64,000 nucleotides of DNA from Candidatus Levyibacteriota bacterium (lineage in GTDB: Bacteria > Patescibacteriota > Microgenomatia > Levybacterales > UBA12049). Position numbers and translations under genes: made by a program. Within the stretch, counting starts at the first letter, position 1. Every line of letters starts with the position of its first letter. The notes under the pieces are model-generated. The model was not told where the DNA came from, did no database searches, and saw nothing but the letters and a program-made list of their open reading frames with translations. The DNA is taken from positions 22,234 to 86,233 of the forward strand of contig JBPOIT010000007.1 of the NCBI GenBank assembly GCA_052034235.1, in the 5' to 3' direction. Below, piece by piece: positions 10,204 to 19,115 of this stretch.

Positions 10204-11091
10204 TCAGATAGTAGCTGGAAGCAAAATGGAAAAGGTTCTGTTTTCACCCATATCTTTCATATTCCATCCTACTTGATTATACTTGTTAAATTCGTCCGTT
10301 CCACTTCTGTTAAAATCGGGTTCTCTTGCTCCATTTATAAGATCAACTAACTCATAGAATTTTTTTGCAGACAATGAAGTGTCATTATGTGCAGGAAATA
10401 CTAATTTTAAATGTCCAATAGACGCAGCTAATTTGTGAACTGAAGGTAAAAACTTTTCATAGTCCGACTCTTTCATGTGTAGGTAGAGTGGTCCCACATA
10501 TAGTGTATCGCCGGTAAATAAATAGCCCGCTTTTTCAAGGTAAAAACTAGAACTGCCCGGCGTGTGGCCAGGAGTGCTTATGACTCTTAATTTATCATTA
10601 CCTAAGTCAATTACATCTCCATCATGAAAAACCTGGAATTCCAATATTCCTGGAACCTCGAAATTTTCTGCTGTGTAAGAAGTGGGAATATCGATATCAA
10701 TAAAATACTCCGAGCTTAATCCAGGCATTTCTCCAGGTTTCCATCCTAAAGATAATCTTGATACTTCGGAGGGTTCATCATTTACTCTCACGTTTGGAAG
10801 GTCAGATGCACCCCCGATATGGTCCCAGTGAGTATGTGTAATTAAAGTTGTTAATTTCCTATTTTGGTTACGTTTGAGGAGCGGTATTGTGGCGCGTATA
10901 TCAGCTAGCCCCATTCCTGAATCTACAAGAATGTCCTGAGCGTTTCCATGTATTAAGTAAGATACAACATCTTGGTCATGATGTGGCTCTCTTATTGCCC
11001 AGACATTCTCTGCTATTTGAGTTGAATGAAACCATTTTTCGGTTTCAAATGGAAATCGACTTTCTTTTTGACGCAAAATTTCACAAGCCAT
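10204..11091 (-). CDS. MBL-fold metallo-hydrolase
   Basis: HxHxDH motif (LITHTHWDHIGGA) and downstream His/Asp ligands; 295 aa. Confidence 0.7.
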   Translation of the reverse strand: MACEILRQKESRFPFETEKWFHSTQIAENVWAIREPHHDQDVVSYLIHGNAQDILVDSGMGLADIRATIPLLKRNQNRKLTTLITHTHWDHIGGASDLPNVRVNDEPSEVSRLSLGWKPGEMPGLSSEYFIDIDIPTSYTAENFEVPGILEFQVFHDGDVIDLGNDKLRVISTPGHTPGSSSFYLEKAGYLFTGDTLYVGPLYLHMKESDYEKFLPSVHKLAASIGHLKLVFPAHNDTSLSAKKFYELVDLINGAREPDFNRSGTDEFNKYNQVGWNMKDMGENRTFSILLPATI

Positions 11092-11234
11092 ACTTCATCA
11101 TAAGTAGATAATACCATTTATACCAACTGACTGTTGATTTTTCAACATACTATTGTTAAATTCATTCCAGGACAAATAGGAATAGCTTTTATTAAAAGGT
11201 GCTTATTAGAATAAATTGAAGCTAAACCGGGAGA

Positions 11235-11266
11235 TGACTTAAAAATCCCCGCATTTCTAAGACAGA
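11235..11266 (+). repeat. ftsZ 3'-end repeat, copy 2 (putative attL of prophage; encodes ...DDLKIPAFLRQKN-stop)
   Basis: gacttaaaaatccccgcatttctaagacaga. 22 nt match copy 1 exactly, and the gacttaRaaatccccgcatt portion matches copy 3. A 13-codon orphan reading frame ends in a stop. Confidence 0.75.
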
Positions 11267-11304
11267 AAAATTAAAGCTAAATAGCTCATACAGCTAAACA
11301 AGAG

Positions 11305-11329
11305 AAGCGCCCACGAGGCGCTTTTTTCT
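11305..11329 (+). terminator. rho-independent terminator downstream of ftsZ-end copy 2
   Basis: GCGCC-cacga-GGCGC hairpin followed by TTTTTTCTT. Confidence 0.6.
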
Positions 11330-11533
11330 TGGCTTTCAAAGTACGGTTACATATTAACGGATAAGGTTAATAACCGTCAAGCGTATGAGCAAACAAAAAA
11401 CTGATCGAAATCAAGAAATCTACAAAAAGCATAAGCAAGGTAAATCTACTTATGCCCTCTCATTTGAGTATCAGATCACTCAACCTGCAATCTTCAAGAT
11501 TATCAAAAGGGAAGAAAAGAAGGAGGCAAAACT

Positions 11534-12148
11534 ATGACCGACTTTGCTCAACCCCAACCATTTGTAAGTTCCAGAGTCAAAAGACTGAAAAGGAGAGCTT
11601 TTATGAGAAAAATCTATCCAATACTCCTATTTTTAGCAATTCTTCTTATTATTGCTTTTCTCTTTAATCACAAAGGAGAGATTGTTAGCTCAGTTTCTAA
11701 TGTAAAAGTAGAAGCTGTACACGCTCAAGAAACTGCTTCAGCTTCGGCTACTCCTGTAATTATTGTTGAAGAAGATAAAAGAATTGCTCTTCTCGAAGAC
11801 TTTTTGACTAAAAAAGATTCTCCTCTTGCTTCGTATTCTAAGTACTTTATTGAGACTGCAGATAAATATGGTTTGGATTGGACATTAATGCCTGCAATCT
11901 CAGGAATTGAGTCAAATTTCGGAAAAAGAATGCCTGAAGGATCAAATAATCCTTTTGGGCTTGGAGGCGGAAAACTGATGTCATTTCCGGCATTATATGA
12001 CTCTATAGAGTACGAGGGAAAGCTCCTGTCCCAACATTACAAGTTAGCAGCCAACCACGCCATCGGATCTATTTACTGCCCAACGACTGAATGTAATCAG
12101 AATTGGGCTTTTATTGTTACAAATTTCTCGGAGGAGATATTGAACTAA
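11534..12148 (+). CDS. membrane-anchored lysozyme-like/transglycosylase-like protein (putative)
   Basis: GGAGG RBS 8 nt upstream; N-terminal TM; C-terminal ISGIESNFGKRMPEGSNNPFGLGGG resembles the SLT/lysozyme-like catalytic region. Confidence 0.4.
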   Translation: MTDFAQPQPFVSSRVKRLKRRAFMRKIYPILLFLAILLIIAFLFNHKGEIVSSVSNVKVEAVHAQETASASATPVIIVEEDKRIALLEDFLTKKDSPLASYSKYFIETADKYGLDWTLMPAISGIESNFGKRMPEGSNNPFGLGGGKLMSFPALYDSIEYEGKLLSQHYKLAANHAIGSIYCPTTECNQNWAFIVTNFSEEILN

Positions 12149-12150
12149 CT

Positions 12151-12369
12151 ATGATACGACGCAGATTTTCAAAACCAAGATCAAATATGTCCGGACTCGC
12201 TTCTTATATGCCAACACCTGAGAGGGATTGGTGCAGAAATAAGGGCTGTTTAAAAACCGTCAGTATGAAAGTCGCAAAGTTTTCAAAAGAAAAATTAGGA
12301 GTAGTACTTTGCTGGGATTGTCAAAGATTAGATCCCGAAGAAAGGAGCGTAGTTAAAGATGACGAGTAA
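12151..12369 (+). CDS. small zinc-ribbon protein
   Basis: CxxC...CxxC (CRNKGC...CWDCQ) in a 72-aa ORF. Confidence 0.35.
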   Translation: MIRRRFSKPRSNMSGLASYMPTPERDWCRNKGCLKTVSMKVAKFSKEKLGVVLCWDCQRLDPEERSVVKDDE

Positions 12370-12589
12370 TTATTGTGTCTATTGTGGGGAAAAGAAAGCA
12401 GTGAAGCTCTGGAAAGAAACAAACGAGTACGTTTGTTTATCATGCAGACTTTCTTTGCTCGCTCAGGAATTTGAAGGAACAGAGAGCAAAGAGGAATGCG
12501 GCTTAGTTCAGTATTGGAGCGAATTATTAAATGCCGATGTAAAAGTTACCAAGTTTGATGAGAAAGGAGAAAAATATGCAACCGAGTGA
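12359..12589 (+). CDS. small zinc-ribbon protein
   Basis: CVYCG...CLSCR, 76 aa; translationally coupled to its neighbours. Confidence 0.35.
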   Translation: MTSNYCVYCGEKKAVKLWKETNEYVCLSCRLSLLAQEFEGTESKEECGLVQYWSELLNADVKVTKFDEKGEKYATE

Positions 12590-12872
12590 AATAAAACTAG
12601 AGGAATTTAACAATTGTCCTGGTGTTGCTGCTCTAAAACAGTATCTCTATAAGCACAATTTAAATCCTTATTTTGAAATTGTCGATATAGATGAGGGAAG
12701 GTCTTATGGTTACAAAAATGATCTGGACACATTGGTCATTTCAATTTTACCTGGACCAACTGAAGCGCAAGTCGCACTAGCTATTGGAGCAATGGCAGTT
12801 GAGCTTAGTGCCGACGAATTTAACTGGAAAGCCATAGATGGAAAATATTTAGTCCGTTTATGGTGGGATTAA
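12576..12872 (+). CDS. hypothetical protein
   Basis: ORF with an AAGGAG RBS before the ATG at 12576; no recognisable domain. Confidence 0.3.
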   Translation: MQPSEIKLEEFNNCPGVAALKQYLYKHNLNPYFEIVDIDEGRSYGYKNDLDTLVISILPGPTEAQVALAIGAMAVELSADEFNWKAIDGKYLVRLWWD

Positions 12873-12905
12873 AAATTAAATTTTGAAAGGAGGTGAAAAA
12901 AATAT

Positions 12906-13727
12906 ATGGAACTCAGAAAAGCACAAAAAAGTAAAAGCAAACTAAGAATAGGGATCGCCGGAACTTCAGGTTCTGGAAAAACTTATTCTGCGCTTCTTTT
13001 GGCAAGTGGCATGACGTCTTGGGACAAAATCTGCGTGATTGATACCGAAAACGGATCAGCAGATTTATACGATGGTCTTGGAGAATATAACGTCATTACT
13101 CTAAAAGCTCCCTTTGCTCCGGAACGCTATATCGAGGCAATTAAAACAGCCGAAGATGCAGGAATGGAAGTCATTATTGTTGACTCTATTACTCATGAAT
13201 GGGATGGCGAAGGAGGGTGTTTAGAGATTGTCGATAAGCTTGGTGGTCGCTATCAAGATTGGGGAAAAGTAACCCCACGACACCAAAAGTTCATTCAGTC
13301 AATTCTTCAATCAACAGCTCATGTCATAACAACTGTTCGCAAGAAACAGGACTATGCAATGACTCAGGATACAAACGGGCGATTGAAGGTTGAAAAGAAA
13401 GGACTCAAGGAAATAACCAGAGAAGGGTTTGAGTACGAGCTGACGCTTTCGTTTGATGTTGGTCAAAATCACTTGGCTAATACTTCCAAAGACAGAACCG
13501 GTCTTTTTATGGATAAGCCTGAATTTCTGATTACAACAGAAACAGGAAAAACCGTTAAAAACTGGGCTGAAAAAGGAGTAGAGCCGGAACCAATAGCAAA
13601 AACAGAAACAGTCGTAAATCATCCTGCCCCACAAGAGCAGGCTGAAATCTCCCCTGTTTCTGGCAAGTGTCAGTATTGTGGAACAACCAATAAGTATCAC
13701 AAGAAGGGTTGTCCAAACGCAGTTTGA
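12906..13727 (+). CDS. phage RecA-like/Sak4-like AAA ATPase with C-terminal zinc ribbon
   Basis: Walker A GTSGSGKTYSA, Walker B VIIVDS; C-terminal CQYCG...HKKGCP. Typical phage recombination/replication ATPase. Confidence 0.6.
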   Translation: MELRKAQKSKSKLRIGIAGTSGSGKTYSALLLASGMTSWDKICVIDTENGSADLYDGLGEYNVITLKAPFAPERYIEAIKTAEDAGMEVIIVDSITHEWDGEGGCLEIVDKLGGRYQDWGKVTPRHQKFIQSILQSTAHVITTVRKKQDYAMTQDTNGRLKVEKKGLKEITREGFEYELTLSFDVGQNHLANTSKDRTGLFMDKPEFLITTETGKTVKNWAEKGVEPEPIAKTETVVNHPAPQEQAEISPVSGKCQYCGTTNKYHKKGCPNAV

Positions 13728-13808
13728 GTCTTGCAGCTGTCTTCCTACCGACTGAGTGGAAGGCGGCTAGAGGATTTAAATAAAAATTAAAAAGTAAATA
13801 TCTGTCCT

Positions 13809-14300
13809 ATGCCCAAGAATGCTGTTTTATCAATTTGGTACAACAAGAAACCTTACCGACAAGGTAAGTTCTACGGGGTCGGCAAAAAATATTACTACAT
13901 TGCAAATATCGATGACGCAAAGCTTTTTAGAAAATTTAATGGTTATGCCATCGCTAAGAGGCTTCTTGATAAGTTTTCAGAATTAAAAATAAGAAACCTC
14001 ACAATTATCTATAGATATGTAGAGCGAAATACTATTTATCTTACAAAGCCTTCGGTATTTAAAACAAAAGGAATTCTCGTTGCATTTGGCGGACATAGCC
14101 AATATGTATTGCCCCTGAAAAATTGGAAAGCACATCAGACAGATTTTAAAGAAGATCCAAAAGATTTACCTGTTATAGATCTTGAGAAATGGGGAAAAGA
14201 GGAAGTCGAGTATATCTATAAAGGTAATGTTGCGGTCACTGTCACCAAAGAAGTTATGCGGGAAAGTTTAGTTCCTACTCAACAGAGGTTACTTATATGA
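13809..14300 (+). CDS. hypothetical phage protein
   Basis: 163-aa ORF in the early operon; no recognised motif. Confidence 0.35.
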   Translation: MPKNAVLSIWYNKKPYRQGKFYGVGKKYYYIANIDDAKLFRKFNGYAIAKRLLDKFSELKIRNLTIIYRYVERNTIYLTKPSVFKTKGILVAFGGHSQYVLPLKNWKAHQTDFKEDPKDLPVIDLEKWGKEEVEYIYKGNVAVTVTKEVMRESLVPTQQRLLI

Positions 14301-15124
14301 AATGGTTTAAACACGATACCAATACATTTTCGAATCCCAAAATAGAAATGCTGAAAGAAAAGCATGGAGTAGCCGGTTATGGTGTCTATTTCCAGTTAGT
14401 AGAGCTGATTGCCTCTGCAGTTGATAAAGAGAACGTTGATGACTGGGGTTATCTGCCGGATGTCTACTCAATGGAATATCTCGCGAAAAAGTTTTGTGTT
14501 GATGGAAACCTCTTAGAAGAAATATTACAAACCTGCATTTCTTTGAAACTTATTGAAAAAAGAAAGGAGAGATTTTTCTGTCCAAAAGTACTAGATCGCT
14601 GCGATGAATTTATTGAAAAAGTAAAAAGGAGTATGTCCGGAGAGAAAAAGGATTCAAACGGGAGTAACTCAGGTTCAAATCCCGAATCAATCGGGACTGA
14701 CTCGGGAGCAAGAAGTAAGAAAGAAGAAACAGAATTAGACGAAGAAGTAGAAGAAGAAAAAGAAAATAAATTAATTACTGGCAAAAGCCCAGAAATTAAA
14801 AAATCTTTAAACTCGATTGGAGCAGTTTTAAAAGACCGATACAGCTTTCCTCCACCTAAGAGCAACGGAATAACAACCCAATGGCAAGATAAAGCTTTTC
14901 GCTATGCGGATAAGCTGCAAATAAAACTCAGCGAAGATTTAAAAGGGCGATGGTTAAAAGTGTTCAAACAAGCGAGTTTAGGGCGTAAGAGCAAGAACTT
15001 AGATCAAGCATATTCTTACCTTGTGGACTATCCAAACCAGTTATCAAGCGAAGAGAAAATTAAATATTTCTTTTACATCTACGAAAACGGATTAAAAGAG
15101 AATTTCGATATAAAACGATTATGA
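14297..15124 (+). CDS. phage replisome organizer / replication initiation protein (DUF4373-like N-terminal domain)
   Basis: N-terminus MKWFKHDTNTFSNPKIEMLKEKHGVAGYGVYFQLVELIA matches the phage replisome-organizer N-terminal domain pattern; acidic low-complexity linker. Confidence 0.55.
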   Translation: MKWFKHDTNTFSNPKIEMLKEKHGVAGYGVYFQLVELIASAVDKENVDDWGYLPDVYSMEYLAKKFCVDGNLLEEILQTCISLKLIEKRKERFFCPKVLDRCDEFIEKVKRSMSGEKKDSNGSNSGSNPESIGTDSGARSKKEETELDEEVEEEKENKLITGKSPEIKKSLNSIGAVLKDRYSFPPPKSNGITTQWQDKAFRYADKLQIKLSEDLKGRWLKVFKQASLGRKSKNLDQAYSYLVDYPNQLSSEEKIKYFFYIYENGLKENFDIKRL

Positions 15125-15245
15125 AATTTTTAATTGAGATCATCAGGTTTTTACAAGATAAGTCAACATGCTGCGGAGCCGATATAGAAGTTTATAGCTG
15201 GAAAAAAGCTTTTTGTTCTAAATGTGGGAGGAAAAATTAAGCCTA

Positions 15246-15541
15246 TGCGAATGCAAACTATTAAAGTCTATGTTCAGCATGTCTCTATTGACGCTTTAGA
15301 AGAATCGGGATGGGAATTAGGAGATGGTGGATTTCAAGCAGAGAATGCAGCAAGTTTTATTCAAAATGATTGGCTTTTTAAATGTTTAACAAAACGACAA
15401 AGATCAGTAGCAGAATTATTAACGGAAGGATACACAAGAAGGGAAACGGCGGAAAAACTAGACGTTTCTCTTCAGGCGGTTCATCAGATAGTACTCAGAA
15501 TGAGAAGCCGGTTGAAGTTAAAAGGCAAATTAAAGATGTAG
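15246..15541 (+). CDS. sigma-70 region-4 / LuxR-type HTH protein (putative late-gene regulator)
   Basis: GGGAGG RBS then ATG at 15246; C-terminal HTH TEGYTRRETAEKLDVSLQAVHQIVLRMRSRL. Confidence 0.45.
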
Positions 15542-15543
15542 TA

Positions 15544-15732
15544 ATGAAAGGCGATATGGAATTAATAAAAAATGTTGTTTATCTCTACTTCCTATTTAAT
15601 CCGGGAGCAAAACCCAGATCTATTTTTATGAAATGGTATAACCATTCGGTTTTAGCTGATTATACTAGACCAGAACTTAGCAGATTAAGGAGGTGGATAA
15701 CTGAATTTCAGCAAGAAATATATGGAAATTAA
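15544..15732 (+). CDS. hypothetical small protein
   Basis: ATG immediately after the previous stop; the longer 15382 form overlaps the preceding gene and was not used. Confidence 0.25.
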   Translation: MKGDMELIKNVVYLYFLFNPGAKPRSIFMKWYNHSVLADYTRPELSRLRRWITEFQQEIYGN

Positions 15733-16225
15733 ATTAATCGATATAAACACATTAAAAGAATATGATCGCAACCCTCGGAATATTACTGAGGAGGGAATGG
15801 AGCGATTAAAAAAACAGATCAAAAAACTTGGACAGTACAAGCCTCTTATTGTTACTCCTGAAGGAATTATTTTGGGTGGGAACATGAGATACAAAGCGCT
15901 TAAAGAATTAGGAATTGAGAAAGTGTGGGTATCAATTGTTAAACCAACAGATGACAACCAAATGCTTGAGTACTCTTTTTCAGATAACGATAGAGCTGGA
16001 TTCTATGACGAGGGATTACTAGAAAAACTACTGCCCGACTTTGATCTGGATTGGAACGATTATGCAGTCGATTTACTTGAGCCAACACTTATTGCAGACC
16101 TTATGAATAATCCAACAGAAAGCTTTGACCAGAAAAATAAGGAAGTAAATACAGATGGATTAGAAAAAGATTTAAATGCAGAGTGCCCGAAGTGTGGCTT
16201 TAAGTTTAAGTATGAACAAGCATAA
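15722..16225 (+). CDS. ParB-like nuclease-domain protein with C-terminal zinc ribbon
   Basis: ParB/Srx N-domain pattern (KEYDRNPRNITEEGMERLKKQIKKLGQYKPLIVTPEGIILGGNMRYKALKE); C-terminal CPKCG. Directly precedes a DNA methyltransferase, as in phage ParB-MTase pairs. Confidence 0.6.
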   Translation: MEIKLIDINTLKEYDRNPRNITEEGMERLKKQIKKLGQYKPLIVTPEGIILGGNMRYKALKELGIEKVWVSIVKPTDDNQMLEYSFSDNDRAGFYDEGLLEKLLPDFDLDWNDYAVDLLEPTLIADLMNNPTESFDQKNKEVNTDGLEKDLNAECPKCGFKFKYEQA

Positions 16226-17258
16226 ATTTCCTTACAGATGGAATCTTTCAGCCGGTTATCCGGCGGAAGGTATTGACCATCATAAATCGACGGTTCTTAC
16301 AACTTTCGCTTGTGGCGGTGGTTCTTCAATGGGCTATAAGTTAGCCGGTTTTGATGTGATTGGCTGTAATGAAATAGATCCGGAGATGATGCGCCTTTAT
16401 GATGCAAACCATCACCCCAAATATAAGTTTTTAGAAGATATTAGAACATTCAAGAATAGGACCGATTTACCAGAAGAATTTTATAACCTGGATGTATTAG
16501 ATGGTTCCCCACCCTGCTCTGTTTTTAGTATCGCCGGTCAAAGGGAGGATGCTTGGGGTAAGGAAAAGAAGTTTCGAGAGGGACAAGCAGAACAGACATT
16601 AGACGATTTATTTTTCGAATTTATAGATTTAGCAAAGAAGCTTCAGCCAAAAGTAATCATTGCTGAAAATGTCAAAGGGTTACTTCTTGGCAACGCTAAA
16701 GGATATACTCTTGAGATTTTTACTAAATTCTCTCAAGCAGGATATGACATGCAATTATTTCTTCTTAACGCTGCAAGTATGGGAGTGCCGCAATCGCGGG
16801 AACGAGTATTCTTTATTGGAAGTAGAAAAGATTTAACTTTACCAGGGTTGAAACTAGATTTTAAAGAACCATCGATACCTTTTAAAGAAATTAAAACAGA
16901 TGGAGTCGGCGCAAAGCGTTTGAGAGGAAAACTTATGGAGCTTTGGAAGAGAAGGCAGCGTGGAGATTTGGCTATGAGTGATCCTTACGAACGAATGTAT
17001 AAAAAACGATCTTTTTATACTCACCGCTTTATCTATGAACATAAAGTTCTCAGGACCATTATTGCAGCTGACAAGAATATGCTCTTTACCGAGCCACGAC
17101 TATTAAATAAGGAAGAATACTGTTTAGCTTCTTCTTTCCCACTTGATTATAACTTTCTAGGTATGGATGTTCCCTATATTGTCGGAATGTCTGTACCGCC
17201 TCTTATGATGGCTCAGGTAGCCCAAAATGTATATTACCAGTGGCTAAGGAACATATAA
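16212..17258 (+). CDS. DNA (cytosine-5)-methyltransferase
   Basis: Motif I FACGGGSSMG, motif IV GSPPCSVFS, motif VI ENVKGLL, motif VIII GVPQSRERVFFIG. The start chosen is the ATG after the ParB stop; the track ATG at 16176 lies inside the ParB gene. Confidence 0.85.
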   Translation: MNKHKFPYRWNLSAGYPAEGIDHHKSTVLTTFACGGGSSMGYKLAGFDVIGCNEIDPEMMRLYDANHHPKYKFLEDIRTFKNRTDLPEEFYNLDVLDGSPPCSVFSIAGQREDAWGKEKKFREGQAEQTLDDLFFEFIDLAKKLQPKVIIAENVKGLLLGNAKGYTLEIFTKFSQAGYDMQLFLLNAASMGVPQSRERVFFIGSRKDLTLPGLKLDFKEPSIPFKEIKTDGVGAKRLRGKLMELWKRRQRGDLAMSDPYERMYKKRSFYTHRFIYEHKVLRTIIAADKNMLFTEPRLLNKEEYCLASSFPLDYNFLGMDVPYIVGMSVPPLMMAQVAQNVYYQWLRNI

Positions 17259-17267
17259 TTCATATGT

Positions 17268-17795
17268 ATGAAAAATCAACAAAATCAACAGAATCAACAA
17301 AACAAAAAATTAGATGATCTTAATCCTTATGACCAACTCGATACATTTGGAAAACAGATTGTTGATTTAAAACTTGAAGGATGGAAATACAAAAGACTAG
17401 AAAGTGTAACCAAAAAGGAAGAGCAGACAATCCGGACATGGTTCATGACCGGAGGGCAGTATCATGACGCTTTTGAATGGAGACGAGACCAGCTTATTAA
17501 AGAAGCTCTTGAGGAGTTTTCAGAAGCTGAGTTTCATCTTAGACAAGGTGTTGCGGATGCAATTGTGGTCCTTAAAGCAGAAGTTGCTAAGAAAAACTGG
17601 AAGGCAGCAGTCGCGCTCCTTAAAATGGTTGGTTTTAACGTTCAAAAGATTATAAGTGATGATGAAAGTGAAGGAACTATATTGCTCAGAGAGTTAATAA
17701 AAATGAGAAGAAATGAAAAACACAAGTCTCGAAAAACTGTTCAAAATAGGAAACCAGAAAATGGATCTGTCTCCAAATCAAAGGAAGATATTTGA
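17268..17795 (+). CDS. putative terminase small subunit
   Basis: 175-aa ORF immediately upstream of and overlapping terminase large subunit; Q/N-rich N-terminus. Call is positional only. Confidence 0.3.
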   Translation: MKNQQNQQNQQNKKLDDLNPYDQLDTFGKQIVDLKLEGWKYKRLESVTKKEEQTIRTWFMTGGQYHDAFEWRRDQLIKEALEEFSEAEFHLRQGVADAIVVLKAEVAKKNWKAAVALLKMVGFNVQKIISDDESEGTILLRELIKMRRNEKHKSRKTVQNRKPENGSVSKSKEDI

Positions 17796-19062
17796 TCTTA
17801 TTGTAGATATTGAGCATCCTCGTAACCAGATTATCGCCCCCACGCAGTATGGAAAATCACTAACTGTTGGTCTTGGAGTCCTGCCCTGCGCTTCTATTAT
17901 GGGTGAGAGATTTACGATTTTAGCTCCAACAGAAAAGAAAGCTCAAATCATCATGGGATATATCATAGATCACTCTTTTGATGATCCTATTTTTACTGAA
18001 AGGCTTGAGCTTGATAACAATACTACGCTTGACCGATTAAGAAGAGAGCGATCGAGAACCCACTTAACTTATAAAGGCGGTGGAGGCGTGATGGTCCTAA
18101 CTCTTGATGCCAGAAACCAGAAAAGAAGTATTGAGGCTGCTATGGGATTTGGAGGAAACAGGATTATTTTAGATGAAAGTTCATTAATTGATGATCCTCT
18201 GTATGCAACAGTAAAAAGAATGCTTGGAGGCTATAAATACCAGGACACTTTTCTTCTTGAGATCGGAAATCCCTTTTATCGCAACCATTTCTATAGAACT
18301 TGGCATGATGACAGGTATAACAAGATCTTTATTGATTACAAGATAGCTTTAGAAGAAGGTCGGTATTCAGAAGAGTTTATAGATGAGATGCGCCAGGAAG
18401 CTTTTTTTGACATTTTTTATGAATGTAAGTTCCCTGATGAGGATATGCTTGATGAGAGAGGCTATAGAAATCTTATTACCCACGAGAAGCTAGAAGGCTC
18501 CTTTACGACTGATATTACTGAAGGCGATGGTAAGCTAAAGCTAGGCGTAGATATTGGCGGTGGTGGGGATTACAACGTCTATGTGCTCCGAAATCAAGAT
18601 GCGGCATGGATAGAATCAAAAAACAAGTCAAACGATACAATGAGCAATGTTTCTGAGGTGCAAAGAATATTAAGAGAGCATCCTAATCTTAGAGCTGAAG
18701 ATGTCTTCATTGATGATATTGGTATTGGTAGAGGTGTTTCTGATCGATTAAGGGAACTCGAAATTTCGGTTAATGGTGTATCTGTTGGAGAGAGGCCACA
18801 AGATACAACAAAATACAAAAATATTAAGGCGGAAGCATACTGGTTACTCAAGGTATGGCTTGATGCTGGTGGGAAACTGGCAAAAGAAGAAGGGTTTAAG
18901 CAATTAACCTGGATGAAATACAAAGTGAATACCGATAAGGTTTTACAGATCGAGCCAAAAGACGAGTTAAAAAAGAGGACCGGCAAATCACCAGATTATG
19001 CGGATGCTTTAATGCTGACATTTACTCCCCAACCACCTGAGCCTTCAGTTTCTTGGATATAA
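17761..19062 (+). CDS. phage terminase large subunit
   Basis: ATPase P-loop-like QYGKSLTVG, Walker B ILDESS, C-terminal nuclease-domain acidic residues (VDIGGGGDYNV...FIDDIGIGRGV). Confidence 0.75.
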   Translation: MDLSPNQRKIFDLIVDIEHPRNQIIAPTQYGKSLTVGLGVLPCASIMGERFTILAPTEKKAQIIMGYIIDHSFDDPIFTERLELDNNTTLDRLRRERSRTHLTYKGGGGVMVLTLDARNQKRSIEAAMGFGGNRIILDESSLIDDPLYATVKRMLGGYKYQDTFLLEIGNPFYRNHFYRTWHDDRYNKIFIDYKIALEEGRYSEEFIDEMRQEAFFDIFYECKFPDEDMLDERGYRNLITHEKLEGSFTTDITEGDGKLKLGVDIGGGGDYNVYVLRNQDAAWIESKNKSNDTMSNVSEVQRILREHPNLRAEDVFIDDIGIGRGVSDRLRELEISVNGVSVGERPQDTTKYKNIKAEAYWLLKVWLDAGGKLAKEEGFKQLTWMKYKVNTDKVLQIEPKDELKKRTGKSPDYADALMLTFTPQPPEPSVSWI

Positions 19063-19074
19063 CGTTTCCCACAA

Positions 19075-19109
19075 ATGTATAAGTATTCTCCATTTCGTCA
19101 ATAGAATTG
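19075..19109 (+). promoter_or_regulatory. conserved late intergenic motif ATGTATAAG-N14-TCAATAGAATTG (copy 1, before portal)
   Basis: One of 7 near-identical copies. Like the others it lies just after the upstream stop codon, here 6 nt before the portal ATG. Confidence 0.5.
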
Positions 19110-19115
19110 TTGGGT

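Noticed and set aside
11100-11530. tRNA or tmRNA gene as the integration target
   Set aside because: No cloverleaf-compatible segment with a conserved T-loop (GTTCRA) or CCA context was found here or near the right end. The att core is instead the ftsZ 3' coding end.
11452-11667. 71-aa ORF upstream of gene 11534
   Set aside because: It overlaps the 11534 ORF out of frame. The strong GGAGG RBS serves the ATG at 11534, so this is a likely spurious ORF in the attL-proximal leader.
15382-15543. Long form (116 aa) of the ORF overlapping the sigma-like gene
   Set aside because: 160 nt of out-of-frame overlap with the upstream HTH gene. An in-frame ATG at 15544 immediately follows that gene's stop.
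16176-16211. Upstream ATG (16176) as the start of the methyltransferase
   Set aside because: It lies within the ParB-like coding sequence. The ATG at 16212 directly after the ParB stop region is the more parsimonious start.
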